Shown: positions 1 through 10,361, counted from the stretch's first letter. The stretch is DNA of 64,000 nt from Candidatus Bathyarchaeota archaeon (GCA_963706285.1 CAVPLU010000004.1:224001-288000); one strand, 5' to 3'. The notes: a model not told the origin generated them from the letters alone. Numbers and translations are program-made.

Positions 1-8
1 CGGAATGT

Positions 9-2099
9 ATGTCGACGAGAATACGGCACGAGATAAAGAAGACCATCAGGGGAACGACATACTACTTCTGCAGCGAGAGCTGTCTCAGGCAATTTGAGAA
101 GCCTGAGGTTGAACTGCGCAGACTCAAGACACTTTTCTCGATCGGCGCAATTCTGACAATCCCTACAATGATACTGACCTATGTTCTAGTCTTGCCGCAG
201 GCTCTGAACAACTACTTGCTGCTTCTGCTAAGCGCGCCGGTTCAGTTCGGCGTGGGCTTGCGATTCTACAAAGGGACGTACGATGCATTGAGGAACCGCA
301 TGGGGAACATGGATACGCTCATTGCAATAGGCACAAGCGCGGCTTGGGCCTACAGTTTCATCGTGACTGTGTATCCTTCAGTGTTTCCTTCTAACGCAGT
401 ATATTTTGACACGGCTGCTTTGATCATAACGCTCGTCTTGCTCGGGAATACGCTCGAATACATGAGCAAAGGCAAGGCTTCCGAAGTCAGTCAGGAAGCT
501 CTTGGATCTTCAATCCCGAACCGCACGGATCGTGCGCGACGGCAGGGAGGTCAGACATCCCTGTAGAAGAAGTCCAAGTTGGCGACCTGTTCCTTGTCCG
601 ACCAGGTGAGAGAGTGCCTGTTGATGGGGTGGTCCTCGAAGGCCACACATCGATCGATCAATCGATGATCACTGGAGAGAGCATACCCGTCGAAAAGAAA
701 GCAGGCGACCAGGTGATCGGAGGCACTATCAACAAAACCGGTTTCGTACGAGCCAGAGCAGAGAAAGTCGGAGCAGACACTGTCCTATCGCCAAGATTGT
801 CCAGCTTGTGGAGGAGGCGCAGATGGCGAGAGCACCAATACAGAGACTGGCAGACAGGATATCCGGCTATTTCGTGCCTGCAGTGCTGACGATTGCGAGC
901 ATCTCGGCGTTGATTTGGTATTTCATCGGCCAGATTGGACTGAACTTTGCCTTGCTGGCCTTCGTCTCGGTGGTCATAATTGCTTGTCCCTGTGCCCTCG
1001 GAATTGCGACACCGGCAGCAGTCATGGTTGGAACGGCCAAAGGAGCACAACAAGGGATTCTGATCAAGGGCGGCGAACATCTCGAAGCAGCACAAAAAGT
1101 GGACACTGTAGTATTCGACAAGACCGGGACCTTGACGAAGGGTGAACCCACCGTCACTGACGTCATTACCTTCGGCGGCTTCGCAAAAGACGATCGTGTT
1201 GCGGTATGCAGCGACTGCCGAGAAGAGGTCGGAGCATTCACTTGGAGAGGCAATTCACCGCGAAGCCCGCCGATTGCAGATACAGATTCCTGATCCTGAG
1301 TCCTTCGAAGCAATCCCAGGAATGGGTGTTAGGTGCCACTATGATGGACACGATATCAAGTTCGGAAATCTCACTGCTGATGTCGACCTCAGCTTTCACC
1401 GTACCTAGCGAGGTCGAGAACCAAATCTCCACTCTTGAGAACGAAGGCAAGACCGCAATGATTCTCTCAATCGACAACAACATTGCGGGCTTGATAGGAG
1501 TCGCAGATACCCTCAAAGAGCATTCTGCAGAAGCGATCCGGCAGCTTGAAGCGATGGGTATTCAAGTCGTCATGCTGACTGGGGACAACGAAAGAACGGC
1601 ACGCACAATCGCGAAGAAACTCGGAATTGAACGAGTACTATCGCAGGTGCTTCCTGATCAGAAGGAACGCGTCATCAGAGAGCTCCAACAGGGAGGGGAG
1701 GCGTGTCGCCATGGTCGGGGATGGAGTGAACGACGCTCCTGCACTGGCTGCAGCTGATGTCGGAATCGCCATCGGAAGCGGAACTGATGTCGCGGTTGAG
1801 ACTGGTGGGATAGTCCTGATTCGAGATGATCCGAGAGACGTGGTCACTGCGATCCGAGCTTGAGCAGGCGTACGTTGCAGAAGATCAAACAGAACCTCTT
1901 CTGGGCTTTTGCCTACAACACGATTCTGATACCTGTTGCGGCGGGAGCGCTTGTTCCGTTTCTCGGCGCGGGAATGTACGATTATTTGCCATTCCTTGCA
2001 GCGGGGGCGATGGCGTTTAGCTCAGTAACCGTGGTAGGCAACTCTCTTCTCCTGTCCAGATTCGATCCCACGTCGACTCGTGAAGAGCTCATGAATTGA
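9..2099 (+). CDS. copA: Cu(I)-translocating P1B-type ATPase with N-terminal YHS/TRASH metal-binding domain (split by several frameshifts; 5' end may lie outside the window)
   Basis: [43 protein letters not shown] and AMAFSS motifs spread over consecutive ORF fragments. Confidence 0.92.
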
Positions 2100-2123
2100 C
2101 AGCGGAGCAGCTCCTCTGGCGTT

Positions 2124-2758
2124 TCAGTCTTTTCGTTCCAGCATGAGCTTTGTGATCTTTGTTCCGTATCTTTCCTTGTATTCGGTCAAGCACGGTTTGC
2201 AGCAGAAGTAGCGGTTTCTATCTCCGATCAGAAGTGTGACGGGGTCGCCATGTATTTCTTGTCCGCATGTGTCACAGGTGAGCTCTAACAAATTGGCCCG
2301 GGCGAATCGCAACGTTCGGTTCATCCTTGACAACCCGTGCCACCACATTGTAGGTGAGAGATGACACATTCGGTATCGACGAGATCGTCGATGCCAAGAA
2401 GTGTCTGAAGTTCATCCAGGCTGGCTGTGAACACCGTGAAGAGCACGTTGTGTTCGCCAGTCATTCCGTAGACGTTTCGTATCTCTGGCACCTTCGCCAG
2501 GGCATTGAGGACCTCATCAGCCTTACCGGGTTCTACCCTTGCTGTTGCGACCGCAAATAGTCCACTCGTTATCTTGGACGCGTCAATTATGGGCGCAATC
2601 TTCTTGATCAGACCCATATCCAACATTTTCCGCAGATGACTCTCGACAGTCGGCGTACTCACCCCGGCGGTGCGGGCGATATCTCTCAGGGAACGTCTAC
2701 CGTCTTCCGTAAGTGCGGTGAGAATGTGATAGTCTGTATCGTCTATTCGATTTGGCAA
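2124..2758 (-). CDS. Lrp/AsnC-family regulator with C-terminal TRASH domain (CopT/CopR-like), one frameshift near 2330; start approximate
   Basis: N-terminal HTH (DDTDYHILTALTEDGRRSLRDIA...VSTPTV); C-terminal CDTCG...YFCCKPC; convergent with copA. Confidence 0.8.
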
Positions 2759-2902
2759 GACACACACCAAGAATATGATTTGACAAGGGACATTAAAAGA
2801 GTTGTTAGAGCCATGCCCTGGACTCGACAGGATCAGGAAAACAAGCACTGGTCACCTTACTCCCGAGCGAGGCATGCTAGGGATAGGCTACGGCGGTCGG
2901 AA

Positions 2903-3707
2903 TCAGAGGCCCCAAGGGTTGGGTTGGGGCACCACGGCCATTATCGTTGAACTAAGCGCGACAACGGATATGACTGTGACGGCAATGAAACCAAGGTCAG
3001 CGTTGTGGAACCTCACATCTCTGAGGAAGGTCTTCTCAGCTCTTGACGAGAACCCGCGCGCCTCCAGGGCAATTGACCTCCTATAGGCTTCCTCTATCGC
3101 TCCCATCAGAAGTGGCGTGACAAGAGGAACGTATGTTTTGAGCCTCCGAACGATCCCGATACCTTCGAGTTGTAGTCCTCTCGACATTTGAGCCTGCTTC
3201 ACAGTTTGTAGTCTTGAGTCTATCGTAGGAACGATCTGGAATGCTGAGAAGAGTGGGTACGCGATTCTAAGTGGCAAGCCGAGCTTCTGCATTGAGGCCA
3301 TGAGATCTCCCGGACGGGTTGTCAGAGTGAGCAAGTATCCTCCACCGAAAATTGCCAAAAGGCGCGTCAGTAGGACAGCCGCAAAAACCAGTCCTTCACG
3401 TTTGAAATAGACCCATGGCAAGATGAAAAGAACGGGAGTCTTCCCAGCCGGATTGAAGAGCCCCTGAATAAGCAAGATCGGAATGAAGACTGGAAGAGAT
3501 ATCCTTCACTAGATTCTTGACGTAAACCGAGGCGACTCTTCCCACGGCAGATAGGATCACAGTGATACAGAACACCGCAAGACAGACAAGGATGCTATTG
3601 GAAACAACAGCCGGCAGCCCAATTGTGATCCACAGCGCAAGCTTGGTTCTGGGATCCAATCGATGGATCGGAGAGGAGCGCTGCACGAAAGTGAGTCGAA
3701 CAGACAA
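2903..3707 (-). CDS. ECF transporter transmembrane T component (frameshifted)
   Basis: SPIHRLDPRTKL N-terminus; AQMSRG and ALEARGF motifs. Confidence 0.88.
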
Positions 3708-3721
3708 TTGTGCTCTGTACT

Positions 3722-4329
3722 CTATGTTAGCGTCGTGTTGTCTTCACGAATTGAACTGGAACTCTCGTGTAGATCAGTCCACGCGATGAAGAACGTTATG
3801 ACCTTGTCCGAAATGTCCGAGATGAATTCTGCCGTCATGGATGCTGGGAAGACTTGCCAACCACCGGCCAAGAAGGCCGCGAAGATCGCGTCTACCCATG
3901 CTTTGCCTGTCGACCCGCCGTAAAGGTACACGTTAAGCGGCGTTGAGGTTAGGGTTGCCACGACTGCAAGAACCACGCTAATCGCGATCGTTCTGCCAAT
4001 CTGTGCTGGAAACTTGTATCTTTCCTGACGAACCCCAGCAACGCACATACGCCAGCTATGAGCCCAACTGCTGCATTGACTATTGCGTAAGGCAAGGCGA
4101 ATGGGTCGAACGTTACCCACTTGAAGACATTCGTGAGAATTCCTACGACTAACCCGTTGATGGGACCGATGATTATTCCCGCCAGCATAGAACCGAGCGT
4201 ATCAACCCAGATTGGCGTGCCCGCAGCTAGGTATGATGACGCGATGTTGATGCCGATCATTAGCGGGATCATGGCGATTCCGAAGGTGGAGAACTCTATC
4301 TTGAGTCTGGACGGTTTTGTTTCTGCCAT
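3722..4329 (-). CDS. ECF transporter substrate-specific S component (frameshifted)
   Basis: Hydrophobic; IWVDTLGSMLAGIIIGP and SDISDK motifs; lies within the A-A'-S-T operon. Confidence 0.8.
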
Positions 4330-4415
4330 CTCCTTCAGCCACGTGCCTAGGGTCCTATCGACTTGGATAATAATACTTACTCGGGACAAGACGCGCTACG
4401 TTGTCGCGAGCATGT

Positions 4416-5252
4416 TTAGCGAGTTAGCTCAACCATCTCCTCAACCGTCATGATGTCACGGCGAATCCCCAGATGTGAGAGGCTGATTGCCAATCGCGTG
4501 ACTTGCGGGGGCCGCACGCCTGACTGTTCAAGCGTTCCTGGATCGGACAGAATCCGTCTAGCTGATTCGTAGGCCGTTATCTCTCCATTGCACATCACAG
4601 CAACTCTCTCGCATTCTCTAGCAACAAATTCCATGTCGTGGGATATGATCACGACAGTCTTCCCGTCACGTTTTAGTTGTTCGAGAATCGAACCGAGTAG
4701 ACGTAACCCTCGGTAATCCTGTCCAGCGTTAGGCTCGTCCATTACCACAATATTCGGATCCATAGCGAGAACTGATGCGAGGCATAGCATCTTCCTTTGG
4801 CCATACGTCATGTTGTATGGGTGTTCCAATATGAAAGGCAACAGGCCAACCATGGACAGCGCGTTGTGTGTCGCACGTTCTATGCTTGCTTCATCCATAC
4901 CGATGTTCTTGGGCCCAAAGGCCACTTCCTCGATGACCGAGGACTCAAACAGCTGATCTTCAGGATTCTGAAAGACGTAACCCACCTCTCGAGCCATCTG
5001 ACTGGCAGACCTCTTCGAAGTGTCTATGCCAACCACGCTCACAGTCCCGGAAGTAGGTTTGAGGAGACTGTTCAAATGCTTTGCAAGCGTTGTCTTGCCA
5101 GCTCCATTCCTTCCTATGAGTGCCACAGTGCTCCCGGCCTCAATCTGGAGGTTCACATTCCTGAGCGCCTCGCGCCCGCTAGAATATTGATAGTGAAGAT
5201 TCTCAACGGAGACAGCCAATGGCACGTTACTCACCACAGAACTGTTTCTCAA
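4416..5252 (-). CDS. ECF transporter ATPase
   Basis: GRNGAGKT, VFQNPEDQL, MDEP, SHD motifs. Confidence 0.92.
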   Translation of the reverse strand: MRNSSVVSNVPLAVSVENLHYQYSSGREALRNVNLQIEAGSTVALIGRNGAGKTTLAKHLNSLLKPTSGTVSVVGIDTSKRSASQMAREVGYVFQNPEDQLFESSVIEEVAFGPKNIGMDEASIERATHNALSMVGLLPFILEHPYNMTYGQRKMLCLASVLAMDPNIVVMDEPNAGQDYRGLRLLGSILEQLKRDGKTVVIISHDMEFVARECERVAVMCNGEITAYESARRILSDPGTLEQSGVRPPQVTRLAISLSHLGIRRDIMTVEEMVELTR

Positions 5253-6090
5253 TCATCTCGGCCGCCTGGGACTCGTCGAGAGGATAGTCACCTCTCCACA
5301 GACCCTTTTCGTCCAACAGACCAGCTACCTGAGCGACTTGGGTATGTCGAACGCCAAGTTTCTCTGCGAACCGAACCTTCCTTGAGAACTCCTGCGGGGA
5401 ATCTAGCGCAACAATCTTGCCGTTGTTGAGGATACAGATCCTACTTGCATATTGAACGAGTGTCTCAGGTTGATTAGAAACCAAGATCGTCGTCATGGCG
5501 TATCTCTCATGAACAGAGTGGACTGCTCTCATGACGGAGACGGCACCCTCTGGATCCAGTAGTTCAGTCGGTTCATCCAAAATCATGATCTGAGGTCGCA
5601 TGGCAATCGCAGTAGCGAGGGAGAGTCTCTGCTGTTCTCCACCGGACAACTCGAAAGGCGCCCTTGTCTCAAATCCCGACAAGCCGACTGCGTCAAGCGC
5701 TTCTGCGATCCTATCCACCATAGCTTCCCTTGGGACTCCTAGGTTCTGAAGTCCAAAAGCCACTTCCTCCTCGACCGTCATGGCTGAACCGGTCATCTGT
5801 GAACGAGGGTCCTGAAACACGATTCCAACGAAACCCGATAGCTCCGACACCTCGCTTTTCCCAGTGTCAAAGCCTTTCACGCTGACAGTCCCTCGCATGG
5901 TTCCTTCGATGACATGTGGGACAAGTCCATTCAGTGAATGACAGAGTGTTGACTTGCCCGCGCCTGAGGGGCCAGTAATCCCGACGAACTCGTTATCCAT
6001 CACTTCTATGGTGATTCCATCCAGTGCCCAATCAACCCGTGAAAGGTAGCGAAAAGCCAGGTCAGAGATTGTGATCGCAGCGGAGGCCAT
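5227..6090 (-). CDS. ECF transporter ATPase
   Basis: GPSGAGKS, FQDP, LSGGEQQR, LDEP; likely start MASAAITI at 6090. Confidence 0.92.
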   Translation of the reverse strand: MASAAITISDLAFRYLSRVDWALDGITIEVMDNEFVGITGPSGAGKSTLCHSLNGLVPHVIEGTMRGTVSVKGFDTGKSEVSELSGFVGIVFQDPRSQMTGSAMTVEEEVAFGLQNLGVPREAMVDRIAEALDAVGLSGFETRAPFELSGGEQQRLSLATAIAMRPQIMILDEPTELLDPEGAVSVMRAVHSVHERYAMTTILVSNQPETLVQYASRICILNNGKIVALDSPQEFSRKVRFAEKLGVRHTQVAQVAGLLDEKGLWRGDYPLDESQAAEMIEKQFCGE

Positions 6091-6253
6091 CAGGCGAGTT
6101 CCCTTATACACTCTAAAATGTCTCTTACATAAAGCGGATTTTGGACTCAGCCTAGTATTGGCAGACATGTCGAATCGGGCGAACCGCACGAGCGGCTCGG
6201 CTAATCGCAAGTTATTAACTTGAGAACTCATTCCAATCACCGAGGCCAAGTTC

Positions 6254-6480
6254 GTGGCCGGTTCGGCGAGTAGGCCTCGGAGCCAAGTGGCGACGACTGG
6301 CAGGAGGGGTCTGGTCCTTGAGTTGTCCTTCGCAGCGATATACGCAGTGGCCGTTGTGGCGCTTGGCCCTATTAGTTATGCTGTGATCCAGATCCGCATT
6401 GCAGATGCCCTGATTCCGCTCTCCATTGTCTTTGGTCTCCCGGTGGTCTTAGACGTCACATTGGGAAACATCGCTGAAAA
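6254..6480 (+). pseudogene. Truncated QueT-like S-component fragment
   Basis: AAIYAV...PISYAVIQIRIADAL..L..FG...VTLGN resembles the QueT N-terminal half; similarity stops abruptly and the ORF runs into the tRNA. Confidence 0.6.
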
Positions 6481-6572
6481 GCGGCTGAGCGAATTAGCTC
6501 GAGAGGTCAATCAATTCAATCTCAAATCCAGAGCAGATCGCCATCAGATCAAGACGATTATCAGAGAGATTA

Positions 6573-6678
6573 TGGAGCCCCGGCCGAGGTTTGAACTCGG
6601 GACCCTTGCCTCTTCAGTCTTCGTTACCAAGGCAATGCTCTCGGCTGCAAAGCATCTACCAGGCTGAGCCACCGGGGC
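6573..6678 (-). tRNA. tRNA-Thr(GGT) with two introns (16 nt at ~22/23, 6640-6655; 13 nt at 37/38, 6612-6624) and encoded CCA
   Basis: Removing both inserts gives a 77-nt cloverleaf GCCCCGG-TG-GCTC-AGCCTGGTA-GAGC-A-TTGCC-TTGGTAA-GGCAA-GGGTC-CCGAG-TTCAAAC-CTCGG-CCGGGGC-T-CCA; TTTATTA box ~26 nt upstream. Confidence 0.93.
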
Positions 6679-6926
6679 TGCGGTTCAGGTCAGGATGATC
6701 TTCTAATAAAGTTTCGATCAGGAGCGAACAGTTCACTTTCGCTGACACATCTATGCTAAGTTGCGGCTCTGAAATGACAAAAACATGATCATGTCCGTCA
6801 TCATCATCTGCCAATTGCTCAAGCAGAGATTTGTCTATTCGCCGCTCGTCAAACGCTTTTACCAAATGTTTAAGACTACTCTGCCATTCACGTTGGTCAA
6901 CGAATCATAAGGAGGAAGAATGAATA

Positions 6927-7781
6927 TTGGTTAAGCGATGTCCAACATGCGGATACAACAACAGAGACGATGCCGTCTTCTGCTCAAGCTGCGGCGGTTC
7001 ACTTGCTGCCGCTGGAGCACCAATGATGAAACCAGTGCCGTCAGTTCGTGTGGTAACTCCGGTCACGTCAGGCGCCCCAATGAGGGTTCCAGCACCAGGA
7101 ATGTGTTTCTACCACCCGAGCCTTCCAGCTGTGTACATATGCAACCGTTGTGGCAGAGCAATCTGCCGTGACGACTCGAAGTCCTACATGGACCTAGTCC
7201 TCTGCCCACAGTGCTACCAAGGAATTGTGCCGCCGATGGCTATGGCTCCCCAAGCACCACAATACGCGCCAGCACCACAATACGCGCCAGCACCACAGTA
7301 TGGACCAGCATACGCACCACCACAATTTGCGCCTGGACCACAATTTGCCGGACCGATGATGGGCCCTATGGGAGCTCCCATGATGGGAGCCGGACCTGCA
7401 AGGTCGCTATGGGCTTTCATACTCGCCTTGGTTTCAGGAATTCTTGTGCTGCTCAACGCGGGACTGCTGCTAGCGTGGCAATTCTACGGCGGAACATTCC
7501 TTTGGGCGAACATATTCTTCTGGATCTGCAACATTGACCGTTCCACAGGATGTCCACTGCCTTCAGGATCTACTGCGACTGGCACGATCACATTCGTGAT
7601 CGGAGCAATCATAGGCCTAATCATAATCGTCGGATCGATTATGATGATCCTAGGATACGGCACAATCGGCAGCCTCATCATTTTCCCGCTAGCCGTCTTC
7701 AGCCTGATCATAGGCGGCGGCTTCATCGCAGGCTTCGTACTAGGCATCATCGCCGGTATCATGGGCATGTTAGGGCGATAG
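6927..7781 (+). CDS. Zinc-ribbon + B-box-like zinc finger + Pro/Tyr-rich linker + C-terminal multi-TM protein
   Basis: CPTCG-x-CSSCG; C-x2-H-x8-C-x2-C-x4-C-x2-D-x9-C-x2-C; APQYAP repeats; at least 3 hydrophobic helices; GGAGG SD upstream. Confidence 0.8.
   Translation: MVKRCPTCGYNNRDDAVFCSSCGGSLAAAGAPMMKPVPSVRVVTPVTSGAPMRVPAPGMCFYHPSLPAVYICNRCGRAICRDDSKSYMDLVLCPQCYQGIVPPMAMAPQAPQYAPAPQYAPAPQYGPAYAPPQFAPGPQFAGPMMGPMGAPMMGAGPARSLWAFILALVSGILVLLNAGLLLAWQFYGGTFLWANIFFWICNIDRSTGCPLPSGSTATGTITFVIGAIIGLIIIVGSIMMILGYGTIGSLIIFPLAVFSLIIGGGFIAGFVLGIIAGIMGMLGR
7254..7307 (+). repeat. In-frame 18-bp tandem repeat (APQYAP x3)
   Basis: gcaccacaatacgcgcca twice exactly, third copy gcaccacagtatggacca. Confidence 0.9.
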
Positions 7782-7797
7782 TCCTTAAATCCCCCCA

Positions 7798-7809
7798 GTT
7801 TTTTTCTTT
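7798..7809 (+). terminator. Archaeal oligo-T terminator candidate
   Basis: GTTTTTTTCTTT ~17 nt after the stop codon at 7781. Confidence 0.5.
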
Positions 7810-7823
7810 AACTTAGTATCCGT

Positions 7824-9478
7824 TTGGTCGTGTGTTCCGTGTCGTATGTGGCGATCTCCGGCCAAGTAGCCGAGAAGTTGGTTAGGGAGGCGAGAGATCA
7901 TCCAGAAGAGCAGGTCGTCGGTGTGTTGCTCGGCGGACAGTTCGGCAGCACCATTTCCATTGAAGATGCAGCGACAGGACCTGCCAACGCGGACGCCACA
8001 AAGGCAACGCTGACCGGGGATTCGATCGCAAGAATAGCGGATGACATAATCAATAAGAGAATAAGAGGAAGTATCGTTGGTTGGTATCATTCTCATGTTC
8101 GCGGTGGCGTCTTCATGTCCGAGACGGACGTGGAAACGCAGCTCAAACTTCAACAGTTTTCTCCTCTGGTGACAGCAATGGTGATTGACACGCAAACAGG
8201 AACATCAGGATTCTTCAGGGCTGACCCGAAGACGCGAGAGGCGGTGTCTGTGCCTTCGCAGAACGCAAGGGCCGAAGTTCATCGCCCGGATCCGCATCCT
8301 ACTATGCGCCTGAGCGAGCGACGTACCCGCAATATCCGACGCCCATGACCCAGGGCCCGTCAACTCGTACACTGTTGCTGGCACTTCTGATTATCACATT
8401 GGCCGTAACAGGAGGCATCCTGGCGCTGGTATACTACCGCAACCCAACAGTCTCCGGTGGCAGTGGTAATCTCGCGATAACTCATGCTCCACCTAGCGGG
8501 CCATTCACGATCGGGAGCCCTATAACGATCGATGCAAACGTCACCGGCTCTAAACCTACTGAACGTCACGTTGGCCTACAAGATAATCGAAGCAGCTCCC
8601 AACTCCCAGGGCGGATTGATCATTGGAAACTTGGTTCAAGTGCCCATGCTTCCGAGATCCGCAGGAGTGCACGAACCACCTGCACGTATTCGTACACTTT
8701 GCCGTCGTCTGAAATATCCGGAGTCTATGTTCAGTACTACATTTCCGCCTTCGACACTGCTTCCCCGCCTAATATTGTTCGCACTGATATCTACACTCTC
8801 AATGTGGGAGATTTCAGTTGGCGTGATGACACGACCGAGGTAGTTGCCATTCGACAAGCCCAGGCTGGCATATCACTTCCCTTGGATTCGATTAATGGCT
8901 TCAGTGACCTCATCACCATCAGAATCCTCACTCAACCGCCGCTAGGAGTTCGAATAGTTCCTATCAGCACGCAAGTTCGTCCTCCAAACGCCGCCAACCT
9001 AATAATAACCAGCACTGAAAACGCGCAGATCAGTTACAAGTACCCGATTCAAGTCGATGCCGTGTATACTGTACGCAACGTGCAGGTAATACGCTCCACA
9101 ATACTGCAGCTCACGTTGACTGACATCGACATCGCTGTCTCGCCAACCTACGCGAAGACCCAGCAATGTTATGCCTCCGATAGCTGCCTTGACTCGAATG
9201 AGTTCGCACAGTACACTGTGACGCTTACGATCTACGACGGATTTACCGCCCCGAACGGTATCCAACTGTTCCCAAGTGGTCTTCCGGATCATACTCGCTA
9301 CGAGATTCTGTTGGTCAGTCAGAAGATTGGCACGGACGAAACGCAGACATTAACTTACTCTCTCATAGTTCGCGCTGATACAGATTCCACTGTGAACAGG
9401 TACCTCTTTTCAATGATAGTCAGGGCCGGAAGTATCACACACAGTGTGGACAACATACAGTTTGAGATCGTGGACTGA
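7824..9478 (+). CDS. JAMM/MPN+ (Rpn11-like) isopeptidase probably fused to a single TM helix and extracellular beta-sandwich domains (frameshifts near 8270 and 8550-8670)
   Basis: VVGVLLG...VGWYHSHVRGGVFMSETD JAMM motif; the frame of the 8345 ORF stays open upstream as SASYYAPERATYPQYPTP, linking to TM LLLALLIITLAVTGGILALVYY; repaired ectodomain reads NVTLAYK...VPM...YSYTLP...VQYYISAFD. Confidence 0.78.
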
Positions 9479-9519
9479 TTGACGCAGACTTGATCGCTTG
9501 CTGGAGGTGAAAGAAGCAC

Positions 9520-9771
9520 TTGAAACTCTTCGTTCAGGCACCTATTGGGCCGCAGACAGGGCTGGCTGAGATTGATGTTATACCGGATCATACAGTCGGA
9601 GAGATCAAGCAGCAGGTATGCACCTCGTTCGGAGTTGACCCTGCTACGGTCGCGTTGATGTACGGCGGCATCATACTTGACGAGTCCAGCACAGTCAGCA
9701 GAGCCGGGATCCCTGAGAATGCCCAACTCGCACTGATGCCCTACAATATCATCGGTGGCAACGGAAGGTGA
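9520..9771 (+). CDS. Ubiquitin-like modifier (eukaryote-type beta-grasp) with C-terminal GG-NGR pro-extension
   Basis: MKLFVQ...IDVIPDHTVGEIKQQV...GVDP....LMYGGIILDESSTV...GI....L...GG follows the ubiquitin pattern; GGAGGTGA SD. Confidence 0.9.
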   Translation: MKLFVQAPIGPQTGLAEIDVIPDHTVGEIKQQVCTSFGVDPATVALMYGGIILDESSTVSRAGIPENAQLALMPYNIIGGNGR

Positions 9772-10361
9772 ACCTTCCGCTTCTCTACAAGGAGAAGAAT
9801 TTCACAAACCACCAATTCCCAACGGTAATGGCTCTCAATGATCCGCCCACGGCATACGAGGGTATGCTCAGGTGCGAGAAGGGAGAAGTGAAGACTCTCG
9901 CCGAGAAGAAGATCTGGCCCTTCACCGAGTATGCGGACTGGAACAGGTTCAGGCTAGAACTTCCGGACGAGTACCCCGTGAAGCCTCCCAAAGCGATTTG
10001 GCTCTCCGACATCTCCCACCCAAACATAGTCCCCAAGGTCATGAATGCCGTCTGCGTCTCTATCATCGGCGAGAACTGGCGTCCCGACCTGAAGCTTGTC
10101 TCTGTAGTGAACGCTCTTTACTACCTCCTGTCTGATCCAAACCCTGACAACGTATTCGACCACCCCGATTGCCTCAAGGCTGCAAACGTCTGCAGATCAT
10201 ACGGATTTCCAAAAATGACAAAGCGAAAGACCGCGACACAGCAGGGCGATCTTGTTCGATTCAACATCGTTCCTGTACCTCAAACGCGGCCAAGAGAGCC
10301 TGCACCGACGGGAGATGTGATACGATTTCGAATCCTTGACAGGGAGCGAAAGGAACATTAG
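9768..10361 (+). CDS. E2 ubiquitin-conjugating enzyme (UBC fold) with C-terminal tail
   Basis: FRLELPDEYPVKPPK, HPNI...VCVSII..NWRP...L..V...LLSDPNPD; overlaps the Ub stop (GTGA). Confidence 0.93.
   Translation: MNLPLLYKEKNFTNHQFPTVMALNDPPTAYEGMLRCEKGEVKTLAEKKIWPFTEYADWNRFRLELPDEYPVKPPKAIWLSDISHPNIVPKVMNAVCVSIIGENWRPDLKLVSVVNALYYLLSDPNPDNVFDHPDCLKAANVCRSYGFPKMTKRKTATQQGDLVRFNIVPVPQTRPREPAPTGDVIRFRILDRERKEH

Noticed and set aside
6480-6667. C-terminal half of ORF 6254..6667 as coding
   Set aside because: It is largely the antisense of the tRNA-Thr gene.
7254-7350. CRISPR-like repeat
   Set aside because: In-frame coding repeats with no spacers; no CRISPR array or cas gene seen in the window.
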